DNA of 64,000 nucleotides, taken from NCBI GenBank assembly GCA_963749495.1, contig CAVVMW010000019.1, positions 128,001-192,000 of the forward strand, in the 5' to 3' direction. The stretch comes from an uncultured bacterium (lineage in GTDB: Bacteria; Verrucomicrobiota; Verrucomicrobiia; Limisphaerales; UBA8199). Shown here in pieces: positions 31,390 to 41,377 of this stretch. The position numbers and the translations under genes are program-made. How positions within the stretch are numbered: the first letter of the stretch is position 1; the number at the start of each line of letters is the position of its first letter. The notes under the pieces were generated by a model. It made no database searches, was not told where the DNA came from, and saw nothing but the letters and a program-made list of their open reading frames with translations.

Positions 31390-32772
31390 ATGAAACCCAA
31401 GCTCCTCATTGTGGATGACGACGAAGCAATTCGCACCCAGCTCAAGTGGGCGCTCAGCCAGGATTATGAGGTGATACTGGCCGAAGACCGGCCGGGCGCC
31501 CTGGATGCCTTCCGCGACCAGCGGCCGCCGGTGGTGCTCCTGGACCTGGGCCTGCCGCCTCATCCCCACGGCACCGAGGAGGGCTTTGACGCCTTGTCCG
31601 AGATGCTGGCCTACGACAGCCGCGCCAAGATCGTCATCTCGACCGGCCAGGGCGAGAGGCACAACGCCCTCGAAGCCGTCGGCGCGGGCGCCTGTGACTT
31701 TTTGTCGAAACCGGTCGCCATCGAAGAGCTGGAGGTCATCCTCAAGCGCACCTTCCACCTCGCGAGCATCGAGAGAGAATATCACGAGCTGCAGCAGCGG
31801 TTGGACGCCGAGGGCTTCGAAGGCATGCTCGGCACCAGCGCGCCGATGCACGCCGTCTTCACCTCCATCCGCAAAGTCGCCACCACCGATGCCCCCGTCC
31901 TCATCCTCGGCGAGAGCGGCACCGGCAAAGAGATGGCCGCCCTCGCCATCCACCGGCGCGGGCCGCGCAAGGCCGGCCCCTTCGTCGCCATCAATTGCGG
32001 TGCCATCCCCGAGAACCTCCTGGAGAGCGAGCTGTTCGGGCATGAAAAAGGCTCCTTCACCGGCGCCCACGCCCAGCGCAAGGGTCGCATCGAGAGCGCC
32101 GGCGGCGGCACCCTCTTCCTGGACGAGATCGGCGAGCTTTCCCTTGGCTTGCAGGTCAAGCTGCTCCGTTTCCTCCAGGACAAGAGCCTCGAACGCGTCG
32201 GCGGCCGCCAGCAAATCCAGGTGGACACGCGCGTCATTTCCGCCACCAACAGCGACCTCAAAAAGGCCATGCTCGGGGGGCGGTTCCGCGAGGACCTCTA
32301 CTACCGCCTGGCGGTGGTGATCGTCCAGTTGCCCCCGCTGCGGGAGCGCGAGGGCGACGTCCTCCTGCTGGCCAAGGATTTCCTCCGCCGCTTTGCCGCA
32401 GAGACCGGCAAAGAGGGCCTGGTCTTCGACCCTCATGCCCTCCAGGTCCTGGCTCGGCACTCCTGGCCGGGAAACGTCCGGGAGCTCGAGAACCGTGTAA
32501 AACGCGCCGTCATCATGGCCGACAGGAAACGGTTGAGCGTTTGCGACCTCGAATTGAACGGCTCTTCGGTCGCGCCGCCGCTCACCAGTCTCAAAGAAGC
32601 CCGCGAATCCGTCGAACGCGAAATGGTCCTGCAGGCTCTTCGCAAACATGGAGGCAAGATTACCCCGGCGGCCGCCGAGTTAAAGATCAGCCGGCCAACC
32701 TTTTATGAACTGGTGGAGAAGCTGGGCATACACAGAACCGAACAACAGGCCGGCGCGACCGAGCCTGAGTGA
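31390..32772 (+). CDS. prsR: Sigma-54-dependent response regulator PrsR
   Basis: Receiver domain (LIVDDD, LDLGLPP), GESGTGKE, GSFTGA, FLDEIG, WPGNVRELEN, C-terminal HTH. Confidence 0.92.
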   Translation: MKPKLLIVDDDEAIRTQLKWALSQDYEVILAEDRPGALDAFRDQRPPVVLLDLGLPPHPHGTEEGFDALSEMLAYDSRAKIVISTGQGERHNALEAVGAGACDFLSKPVAIEELEVILKRTFHLASIEREYHELQQRLDAEGFEGMLGTSAPMHAVFTSIRKVATTDAPVLILGESGTGKEMAALAIHRRGPRKAGPFVAINCGAIPENLLESELFGHEKGSFTGAHAQRKGRIESAGGGTLFLDEIGELSLGLQVKLLRFLQDKSLERVGGRQQIQVDTRVISATNSDLKKAMLGGRFREDLYYRLAVVIVQLPPLREREGDVLLLAKDFLRRFAAETGKEGLVFDPHALQVLARHSWPGNVRELENRVKRAVIMADRKRLSVCDLELNGSSVAPPLTSLKEARESVEREMVLQALRKHGGKITPAAAELKISRPTFYELVEKLGIHRTEQQAGATEPE

Positions 32773-32865
32773 TACTGCGGTAAGGCTGAAGAAGGGCACA
32801 CATCGGGTCTTTAACCCGATTCATCCTCGCCCCCCTGACTGCGCTCCCTGGGCCATTGATTAAGC

Positions 32866-33111
32866 CGACGGAATTGATTACACTCCTGGCCGTTTTGCAC
32901 AAGCCGCTTGGGATAAGGCACTTACACCAGATCTGACTGACCGAAACGTCATACGGCGTCGGAATCCCTTACACTCACCAACGTCTGAATGGTTGAATAT
33001 GCCGCCGCCTCGCAAAGACATGCGCACACATAACACACTCCAAATCAACATGTTATGCGCACAAAAAACGGCCCGGCGACCATCACGGAACCCTTTGGCA
33101 TGGCCAGTGCT
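32866..33111 (+). promoter_or_regulatory. Sigma-54 promoter with candidate enhancer boxes and an IHF site
   Basis: TGGCATGGCCAGTGC (GG 33097-98, GC 33109-10, N10 spacing); AATCAACATGTTA (33043-55) matches WATCAANNNNTTR; boxes CGACGGAATTGATTACA (32866-82) and CGTCGGAATCCCTTACA (32957-73). Confidence 0.75.
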
Positions 33112-33187
33112 TCCCCACGCGTGTTGGATTGACAATCCGCTGGTTAGATTTAAGCGACAACAACAAACGCAACTTCGAAGGACTAAA

Positions 33188-33883
33188 ATGATGAAAAAGC
33201 GACTTGGGTTAGTTTTAGCGGCGTGCGTCATGACAGGCACGGCTGCGTTTGCGGCGACACTCACATTCGATGGCGTGCCGAATTATTACGCCGACACACT
33301 CCATATCACCACGCCGGATTTCACCGCGTCCCTCCCGTCCGTGGAAATCGGGTTTTACACGTATAATCTTAATGGCGCAGGACCTGTGGTAAAGTCCTTC
33401 TGCATAGATTTTTACGACGCGGCTCCTTCAACGCCGCAGCCGTATTCGGCCATTGCTCTCGCGTCCGCCCCGCAGTCCTATGGGCTTCTCAACACGGCCA
33501 TGGGTGCCGGTGCCGCGACGACCATCGAGAAGTTGTGGGCACTTAATTACAACAATGCCCTCGCTAGCCCCTTGATTGCTGCAGAATTGCAGGTTGCCAT
33601 TTGGAAGGCCATCGCTCAGAGTACTCTTCTTTCTGACGGCATAACTCACGGCAGTCTGACGGTTGGTTCGGGCGCGGACCCGCTTGAGACCGGGGCGAAC
33701 ACCCTGTTGGCAAACGCCGCGAGTTATTCGGGTCCTCTTCCCGATCTTTTCGCGTGGTCTAACGAGCAGGCGAAGGGCATTTACCAGGACTACATTGGCG
33801 TTCCCGACGGCGGGTTGACCGTGGTGCTCCTGGGGATGGCGCTGACCGGCTTGGCCGCAATGAGCCGCAGGTGCCCCAAATGA
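33188..33883 (+). CDS. VPDSG-CTERM sorted surface protein with thioester-domain-like motifs
   Basis: Signal peptide; SFCID, LQVAIW and YQD motifs; C-terminal VPDGG-LTVVLLGMALTGLAAM-SRR sorting signal. Confidence 0.88.
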   Translation: MMKKRLGLVLAACVMTGTAAFAATLTFDGVPNYYADTLHITTPDFTASLPSVEIGFYTYNLNGAGPVVKSFCIDFYDAAPSTPQPYSAIALASAPQSYGLLNTAMGAGAATTIEKLWALNYNNALASPLIAAELQVAIWKAIAQSTLLSDGITHGSLTVGSGADPLETGANTLLANAASYSGPLPDLFAWSNEQAKGIYQDYIGVPDGGLTVVLLGMALTGLAAMSRRCPK

Positions 33884-33963
33884 CCGCTCGGCGGCTGGCC
33901 GCAGTCATTCTCAGGGCAGGACGCCGAGTCCTGCCCGTTCCTTTTCCGGGGGAAATGGGGCAG

Positions 33964-33980
33964 TTGGCATGTCGGACGCT
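33964..33980 (+). promoter_or_regulatory. Possible second sigma-54 promoter
   Basis: TTGGCATGTCGGACGCT: GG 33966-67 and GC 33978-79 with N10 spacing; weak -12 element. Confidence 0.4.
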
Positions 33981-34032
33981 TTCGTGCCAGCAGGCATGCT
34001 CGGACAACGGCTCAAGACAAAGGAAACAATGT

Positions 34033-34790
34033 TACTCTCTGAGCGGCACCGCGGTGAACGGGGTCAACTACAACACGCTCTCAGGCAGCGTGCTCATTCC
34101 AGCAGGCCAGGCGGCGGCCACCATCACTGTTAGCCACTCGCGGACGGCCTGCCAAAGGGCAACCGGACGGTGGTGGCCACACTCGCGAGCAACCCGGGCT
34201 ATAACATCATCAATCCCAGTGCGGCCACGATCACGATTGTTGATGCCGATATCCCCGCCATCACGCTCTGCGTTCCCCAGCCGACCGCTTCCAAGGCGGG
34301 CACGAGCACGGGCGCATTTGCCTTCACCCGCACGGGGAGCACCAGCACCAACCTGACCGTCTTTTTCGACATCTTCGGAACCGCCATCAATGGCGCCGAC
34401 TACGCTGCCATCACCAGCAGCCTCGTCATCCCGGCCGGGACCAACAGGGGATGGCTCCTATACTCGCCGGGCCCGGGCTTCACGGGTGCGGACTCGTTCA
34501 CCTATACGATCAGCGACCGTTATGCGACGGCAACCGGTTTGGTGACCGTAAGTATCCGCGTGGATAACAACCCGTCGCCGAATTTGACGAATGCTGACCT
34601 GGGCAACGGCTCGCATGTGATTTGGGGCGACGGCTTTCCCGGCCTCACCTACCGCATCCAGTTCGCCGAGAGCGCCCCGCGCGCCAACTGGCAGACATTG
34701 GGCACCGTGACAGCCGATGCGCTCGGCGCTTTTCAATTCATCAACCGGACGGGAAGCCCACAGCGGCTGTATCGCACGGTGTTCCCATGA
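34033..34790 (+). pseudogene. Remnant secreted protein: Calx-beta-like domains fused to a partial Big_9 domain and the shared C-terminal tail
   Basis: YSLSGTAVNGVNY and FGTAINGADY...VIPAG; frameshift near 34134; no signal peptide; ends QRLYRTVFP. Confidence 0.7.
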
Positions 34791-34977
34791 CAAAACGAAG
34801 AAAAAAGACTGTGAAAGGCCCGAAGCACACGAAAGGCGATTCGCCTGAACGGCATTTTGGCGAAGCTCTGTCTGGCGCGGCGCATTCATGGGGGCGGCGC
34901 GTGAAGGACAGAACCCTCATCGCCCGCACTTTTGCCTTGCGTCACAGAATGTCCAAACCGCGAACTTGAGAAAGCCT

Positions 34978-37900
34978 ATGAAAAGAGCAGTTGTATTCCT
35001 TGTAGTGCTGTTGCTGATTCCCTTCAGCCGGCAGGCGCAAGCGCAGATTCAGGAGACCGACAGTTTCGCCGGCCTCAACCTGAGCATCCCGGATGGCAAT
35101 CCCTCCGGGCTGCACAATGTCCAGACGGTGGCCTCATCCGTCACGAATATCACCTCCTTGCGCTTGAGGCTGCACACCATCGGGGAGTTCAACGGAGATC
35201 TGTACGGCTATCTGCGCCATATCCAAGGCGGTGTCACCAACTTCTGCGTGCTGCTCAACCGCGTCGGCCGCACGGCATCCAATCCGTCAGGCTATGGCGA
35301 TCCCGGCCTGAATGTGGATCTCGCCGATGGGGCGCCCGACATCCACACTTATCAGGCGGTCACCAATCTTCCGGCCGGGATGGGACTGAGCGGCATCTGG
35401 TCCCCTGACGACCGCGACGTGGATCCGGACACCGTTTTGGACACCTCCCCGCGCACGACCGCGCTGGCCGACTTCAACGGCATGAACGCCGCCGGCGACT
35501 GGACCCTCTTCGTGGCCGACATGCAATCGGGCGGCACGAACATGCTCAGCGATTGGGGCCTGGAAATCACTGGCGTCGGCCGCCCGGCGCTGACCTGGAC
35601 TCAACCGGCAGACATCACCTACGGCACGGCGCTCAGCAGTTCCCAATTGAGTGCAACGGCGACTTTCAACTCTACAAACGTCAGCGGCACGTTCACCTAC
35701 ACGCCGCCTCTCGGCACTGTTCTGAGCGCGGGCGCCGCCCAGACCCTGTCTGTCACCTTCACCCCGGTGGACACGACCTCGTTCCTGCCTGCCGCCACAA
35801 GTGTGAGTATCAACGTGAACCCGGCGCTGTTGACCATCACAGCCAATTCCGGGAGCAAGACCTACGGGGCGGCCAACCCGAGCTTCGGTTACACGCCCAG
35901 CGGTTTTGTCAACGGGGACAGCAGCAGCGTGCTGAGCGGCAGCCCGAGCCTGACGACCACGGCCACGACTGCCAGCGGTGTGGGCACTTATGCCATCACT
36001 GCGGCGGCGGGCACTTTGAGCGCCGCCAACTACACCTTCAGTTTTGTCCCTGGCACGCTGACGGTCAACGCGGCGACGCTGACGATCACGGCCAACGCCG
36101 CCAGCAAGACCTACGGGGCGGCCAACCCGACTTTCAGTTACACGCCCAGCGGTTTTGTCAACGGCGACACCAGCAGCGTGCTGAGCGGCAGCCCGAGCCT
36201 GACGACCACGGCCACGACTGCCAGCGGGGTGGGCACTTATGCCATCACTGCGGCAGCGGGCACTTTGAGCGCCGCCAACTACACCTTCAGTTTTGTCAAC
36301 GGCACGCTCACTGTGAACAAAGCGACGCTGACGATTACGGCCAACGCCGCCAGCAAGACCTACGGGGCGGCCAACCCGAGTTTCGGTTACACGCCCAGCG
36401 GTTTTGTCAACGGGGACACCAGCAGCGTGCTCAGCGGCAGCCCGAGCCTGACCACCACGGCCACGACCTCCAGTGGTGTGGGCACTTATGCCATCACTGC
36501 GGCAGCGGGCACTTTGAGCGCCGCCAACTACACCTTCAGTTTTGTCAACGGCACGCTCACTGTGAACAAAGCGACGCTGACGATTACGGCCAACGCCGCC
36601 AGCAAGACCTACGGGGCGGCCAACCCGAGCTTCGGTTACACGCCCAGCGGTTTTGTCAACGGGGACACCAGCAGCGTGCTGAGCGGCAGCCCGAGCCTGA
36701 CGACCACGGCCACAACCTCCAGTGGTGTGGGCACTTATGCCATCACTGCGGCAGCGGGCAGTTTGAGCGCCGCCAACTACACCTTCAGTTTTGTCCCTGG
36801 CACGCTGACGGTCAACGCGGCAACGCTGACGATCACGGCCAACGCCGCCAGCAAGACCTACGGGGCGGCCAACCCGACTTTCGGTTACACGCCCAGCGGG
36901 TTTGTCAACGGGGACACCAGCAGCGTGCTGAGCGGCAGCCCAAGCCTGACGACCACGGCCACGACCGCCAGCGGGGTGGGCACTTATGCCATCACTGCGG
37001 CAGCGGGCACTTTGAGCGCCGCCAACTACACCTTCAGTTTTGTCCCTGGCACGCTGACGGTCAACGCGGCAACGCTGACGATCACGGCCAACGCCGCCAG
37101 CAAGACCTACGGGGCGGCCAACCCGACTTTCGGTTACACGCCCAGCGGGTTTGTCAACGGGGACACCAGCAGCGTGCTGAGCGGCAGCCCAAGCCTGACG
37201 ACCACGGCCACAACCTCCAGTGGTGTGGGCACTTATGCCATCACTGCGGCAGCGGGCACTTTGAGCGCCGCCAACTACACGTTCAGCTTTGTCCCCGGCA
37301 CGCTGACGGTCAACGCGGCGACGCTGACGATCACGGCCAACGCCGCCAGCAAGACCTACGGGGCGGCCAACCCGACTTTCAGTTACACGCCCAGCGGTTT
37401 TGTCAACGGGGACACCAGCAGCGTGCTGAGCGGCAGCCCGAGCCTGACCACCACGGCCACGACCTCCAGTGGTGTGGGCACTTATGCCATCACTGTGGCA
37501 GCGGGCACTTTGAGCGCCGCCAACTACACCTTCAGTTTTGTCGCTGGCACGCTGACGGTCAACGCGGCGACGCTGACCATCACGGCCAACGCCGCCGGCA
37601 AGACCTACGGGGCGGCCAACCCGAGCTTCGGTTACACGCCCAGCGGTTTTGTCAACGGGGACAGCAGCAGCGTGCTGAGCGGCAGCCCGAGCCTGACGAC
37701 CACGGCCACGACTGCCAGCGGGGTGGGCACTTATGCCATCACTGCGGCAGCGGGCAGTTTGAGCGCCGCCAACTACACCTTCAGCTTTGTCCCTGGCACG
37801 CTGACGGTCAACGCGGCGACGCTGACGATCACGGCCAACGCCGCCAGCAAGACCTACGGGGCGGCCAATCCCAGCTTCAGTTACACGCCCAGCGGGTTTG

Positions 37901-40900
37901 TCAACGGGGACACCAGCAGCGTGCTGACCGGCAGCCCAAGCCTGACCACCACGGCCACGACCGCCAGCGGGGTGGGCACTTATGCCATCACTGCGGCAGC
38001 GGGCACTTTGAGCGCCGCCAACTACACCTTCAGCTTTGTCGCTGGCACGCTGACGGTCAACGCGGCGACGCTGACCATCACGGCCAACGCCGCCGGCAAG
38101 ACCTACGGGGCGGCCAACCCGAGCTTCGGTTACACGCCCAGCGGTTTTGTCAACGGGGACAGCAGCAGCGTGCTGAGCGGCAGCCCGAGCCTGACGACCA
38201 CGGCCACGACTGCCAGCGGGGTGGGCACTTATGCCATCACTGCGGCAGCGGGCAGTTTGAGCGCCGCCAACTACACCTTCAGCTTTGTCCCTGGCACGCT
38301 GACGGTCAACGCGGCGACGCTGACGATCACGGCCAACGCCGCCAGCAAGACCTACGGGGCGGCCAACCCGAGCTTCAGTTACACGCCCAGCGGTTTTGTC
38401 AACGGGGACACCAGCAGCGTGCTGACCGGCAGCCCAAGCCTGACGACCACGGCCACGACTGCCAGCGGGGTGGGCACTTATGCCATCACTGCGGCAGCGG
38501 GCACTTTGAGCGCCGCCAACTACACCTTCAGTTTTGTCAACGGCACGCTCACTGTGAACAAAGCGACGCTGACGATCACGGCCAACGCCGCCAGCAAGAC
38601 CTACGGGGCGGCCAACCCGAGCTTTAGTTACACACCCAGCGGCTTTGTCAACGGGGACACCAGCAGCGTGCTGACCGGCAGCCCAAGCCTGACCACCACG
38701 GCCACGACCTCCAGTGGTGTGGGCACTTATGCCATCACTGCGGCAGCGGGCACTTTGAGCGCTGCCAACTACACCTTCAGCTTTGTCCCTGGCACGCTGA
38801 CGGTCAACGCGGCGACGCTGACCATCACGGCCAACGCCGCCAGCAAGACCTACGGGGCGGCCAATCCCAGCTTCAGTTACACGCCCAGCGGTTTTGTCAA
38901 CGGCGACACCAGCAGCGTGCTGAGCGGCAGCCCGAGCCTGACGACCACGGCCACGACTGCTAGCGGGGTGGGCACTTATGCCATCACTGCGGCAGCGGGC
39001 ACTTTGAGCGCCGCCAACTACACCTTCAGTTTTGTCAACGGCACGCTGACGGTCAACGCGGCGACGCTGACGATCACGGCCAACGCCGCCAGCAAGACCT
39101 ACGGGGCGGCCAACCCGAGCTTCGGTTACACGCCCAGCGGGTTTGTCAACGGGGACACCAGCAGCGTGCTGAGCGGCAGCCCAAGCCTGACCACCACGGC
39201 CACGACCGCCAGCGGGGTGGGCACTTATGCCATCACTGCGGCAGCGGGCACTTTGAGCGCCGCCAACTACACGTTCAGTTTTGTCCCTGGCACGCTGACG
39301 GTCAACGCGGCGACGCTGACGATCACGGCCAACGCCGCCAGCAAGACTTACGGGGCGGCCAACCCGAGCTTCGGTTACACGCCCAGCGGGTTTGTCAACG
39401 GGGACACCAGCAGCGTGCTGAGCGGCAGCCCAAGCCTGACGACCACGGCCACGACTGCCAGCGGGGTGGGCACTTATGCCATCACTGCGGCAGCGGGCAC
39501 TTTGAGCGCCGCCAACTACACGTTCAGTTTTGTCCCTGGCACGCTGACGGTCAACGCGGCGACGCTGACGATCACGGCCAACGCCGCCAGCAAGACTTAC
39601 GGGGCGGCCAACCCGAGCTTCGGTTACACGCCCAGCGGGTTTGTCAACGGGGACACCAGCAGCGTGCTGAGCGGCAGCCCAAGCCTGACGACCACGGCTA
39701 CGACTGCCAGCGGGGTGGGCACTTATGCCATCACTGCGGCAGCGGGCACTTTGAGCGCCGCCAACTACACCTTCAGTTTTGTCAACGGCACGCTCACTGT
39801 GAACAAAGCGACGCTGACGATCACGGCCAACGCCGCCAGCAAGACCTACGGGGCGGCCAACCCGAGCTTCGGTTACACGCCCAGCGGGTTTTTCAACGGG
39901 GACACCAGCAGCGTGCTGAGCGGCAGCCCGAGCCTGACCACCACGGCCACGACTGCCAGCGGGGTGGGCACTTATGCCATCACTGCGGCAGCGGGCACTT
40001 TGAGCGCTGCCAACTACACCTTCAGCTTTGTCCCTGGCACGCTGACTGTGAACAAGGCTGTGCTGACCGTGACCGCGAACAATGCGACCCGCGTTTATGG
40101 CCAGGCAGACCCGGCGTTCACCGCAAGTTATTCCGGGTTCCAGAATGGCGAAACGCTGCCCACCAGCGGGGTGACGGGCAGTCCGAGTTTGACCACCACG
40201 ACGACGGCGACCAGCCCTGTTCCCGGCCCCTATCCGATCACGGCTGCGGCAGGCACATTGGCCGCAGCCAATTACAGTTTCAGCTTCGCTAATGGTCAAC
40301 TCACTCTGGCGAAGGCCACGACGGTTGCGACGCTCAATTCATCCTCCAACCCGGCCCTGCCTGGCACGCCGGTTATCTTCACCAACAGTCTGGGCGTGGT
40401 GGCTCCCGGCGGGGGCACGCCGACCGGCACGGTGAACTTCCGCATCAATGGCAGCATCGCCGGCTCCGGCACCTTGTCCGGCGCTGCCGCGACGTACACA
40501 AGCAGCACACTGGCGCACGGCACCCACACTGTCGTGGCCGAGTATGGCGGAGACGGCAACTTCCTCGGCGCCACCAACCAATTGTTGTCGAGCCAGGTGA
40601 TCGACACACCGCCGGTTGCGGGCGCAGATACCGTCCTGCGAGACCCAACCGGAGGCGTGAAAATTTCCATCGCGTCATTGCTGGGCATTGCCACCGATGC
40701 CGACGGCGACCCGATCACCTTCGTCAGCGTCAGCGCCACCAGCGCCAACGGCGGCACCCTCTCGTACAGCGGCAACTGGATTGTTTACACCCCGGCGCCT
40801 GGGTTCACCAATCCAGACTCGTTTACCTATACGATTGGCGACGGCTACGTGACGGTGACCGGCACGGTGAACGTGAACATCCTCGTTGATACCAGCCTAT

Positions 40901-41121
40901 CGGTGAATTTGACTATCGTCAGCCTGGGCAACGGCTCTTTCGCCATCAATGGCGACGGCATCCCCTACCGCACCTACCACATCCAGTTCTCCGGCGACCT
41001 CCAGCACAGCAACTGGCAGACCGTGGGCGCGACAACCGCCAATTCGTTCGGCTCGTTCCAATTCATCGATACCCCCGGGACCGGGAGTTTATTCCGCTAT
41101 TATCGGTCGGTATATCCTTGA
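34978..41121 (+). CDS. Giant repetitive adhesin-like protein: P-domain-like head, 18 MBG-type repeats, Big_3, Big_9 and C-terminal tail (2047 aa)
   Basis: Signal peptide; IPDGNP...GDWTLFVAD head; repeats of LTITANAASKTYGAANP...GFVNGD...ANYTFSFVxGTLTV; ends RYYRSVYP. Confidence 0.9.
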   Translation: MKRAVVFLVVLLLIPFSRQAQAQIQETDSFAGLNLSIPDGNPSGLHNVQTVASSVTNITSLRLRLHTIGEFNGDLYGYLRHIQGGVTNFCVLLNRVGRTASNPSGYGDPGLNVDLADGAPDIHTYQAVTNLPAGMGLSGIWSPDDRDVDPDTVLDTSPRTTALADFNGMNAAGDWTLFVADMQSGGTNMLSDWGLEITGVGRPALTWTQPADITYGTALSSSQLSATATFNSTNVSGTFTYTPPLGTVLSAGAAQTLSVTFTPVDTTSFLPAATSVSINVNPALLTITANSGSKTYGAANPSFGYTPSGFVNGDSSSVLSGSPSLTTTATTASGVGTYAITAAAGTLSAANYTFSFVPGTLTVNAATLTITANAASKTYGAANPTFSYTPSGFVNGDTSSVLSGSPSLTTTATTASGVGTYAITAAAGTLSAANYTFSFVNGTLTVNKATLTITANAASKTYGAANPSFGYTPSGFVNGDTSSVLSGSPSLTTTATTSSGVGTYAITAAAGTLSAANYTFSFVNGTLTVNKATLTITANAASKTYGAANPSFGYTPSGFVNGDTSSVLSGSPSLTTTATTSSGVGTYAITAAAGSLSAANYTFSFVPGTLTVNAATLTITANAASKTYGAANPTFGYTPSGFVNGDTSSVLSGSPSLTTTATTASGVGTYAITAAAGTLSAANYTFSFVPGTLTVNAATLTITANAASKTYGAANPTFGYTPSGFVNGDTSSVLSGSPSLTTTATTSSGVGTYAITAAAGTLSAANYTFSFVPGTLTVNAATLTITANAASKTYGAANPTFSYTPSGFVNGDTSSVLSGSPSLTTTATTSSGVGTYAITVAAGTLSAANYTFSFVAGTLTVNAATLTITANAAGKTYGAANPSFGYTPSGFVNGDSSSVLSGSPSLTTTATTASGVGTYAITAAAGSLSAANYTFSFVPGTLTVNAATLTITANAASKTYGAANPSFSYTPSGFVNGDTSSVLTGSPSLTTTATTASGVGTYAITAAAGTLSAANYTFSFVAGTLTVNAATLTITANAAGKTYGAANPSFGYTPSGFVNGDSSSVLSGSPSLTTTATTASGVGTYAITAAAGSLSAANYTFSFVPGTLTVNAATLTITANAASKTYGAANPSFSYTPSGFVNGDTSSVLTGSPSLTTTATTASGVGTYAITAAAGTLSAANYTFSFVNGTLTVNKATLTITANAASKTYGAANPSFSYTPSGFVNGDTSSVLTGSPSLTTTATTSSGVGTYAITAAAGTLSAANYTFSFVPGTLTVNAATLTITANAASKTYGAANPSFSYTPSGFVNGDTSSVLSGSPSLTTTATTASGVGTYAITAAAGTLSAANYTFSFVNGTLTVNAATLTITANAASKTYGAANPSFGYTPSGFVNGDTSSVLSGSPSLTTTATTASGVGTYAITAAAGTLSAANYTFSFVPGTLTVNAATLTITANAASKTYGAANPSFGYTPSGFVNGDTSSVLSGSPSLTTTATTASGVGTYAITAAAGTLSAANYTFSFVPGTLTVNAATLTITANAASKTYGAANPSFGYTPSGFVNGDTSSVLSGSPSLTTTATTASGVGTYAITAAAGTLSAANYTFSFVNGTLTVNKATLTITANAASKTYGAANPSFGYTPSGFFNGDTSSVLSGSPSLTTTATTASGVGTYAITAAAGTLSAANYTFSFVPGTLTVNKAVLTVTANNATRVYGQADPAFTASYSGFQNGETLPTSGVTGSPSLTTTTTATSPVPGPYPITAAAGTLAAANYSFSFANGQLTLAKATTVATLNSSSNPALPGTPVIFTNSLGVVAPGGGTPTGTVNFRINGSIAGSGTLSGAAATYTSSTLAHGTHTVVAEYGGDGNFLGATNQLLSSQVIDTPPVAGADTVLRDPTGGVKISIASLLGIATDADGDPITFVSVSATSANGGTLSYSGNWIVYTPAPGFTNPDSFTYTIGDGYVTVTGTVNVNILVDTSLSVNLTIVSLGNGSFAINGDGIPYRTYHIQFSGDLQHSNWQTVGATTANSFGSFQFIDTPGTGSLFRYYRSVYP
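35830..40315 (+). repeat. 249-bp (83-aa) coding tandem repeat: 17 near-identical units plus 1 diverged unit
   Basis: AAGAC(C/T)TACGGGGCGGCCAA recurs every 249 bp from 35857 to 39841. Confidence 0.95.
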
Positions 41122-41377
41122 CCCGCTCCAAGAACCGTCGCAAACCCAGCAAGGTTTTGGGCTGCACCCACGGCCCGTCGGGGGCGCAGTCCAAAATGAT
41201 TCTGCCAACACTGATTCTGCCTCCTCCATCCTCTTCGGGGAATCCAATGCGCCTGCCCTGGCGCCGCACCGAGATCTTGTTGCAAATTGCCGCGCCGGCT
41301 GGCATCATCGCGCCTGATGTTTCGATTGAATCGCACAAACAGGCAGTCGTGTGAAGACCCACGGCCAGCAGCAACCC

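Noticed and set aside
29318..32649. Long antisense ORFs over prsK/prsR (also 54383..56185, 45405..47435, 59669..61285, 9349..10521)
   Set aside because: These are high-GC codon-bias shadows of well-supported genes on the opposite strand.
35287..40299. 1670-aa minus-strand ORF and 1024-aa alternate-frame ORF (35553..38627)
   Set aside because: These are shadows of the stop-free 249-bp coding repeat; the real frame has a signal peptide and recognisable domains.
35830..40315. Possible CRISPR array
   Set aside because: There are no unique spacers; the whole 249-bp unit repeats in frame.
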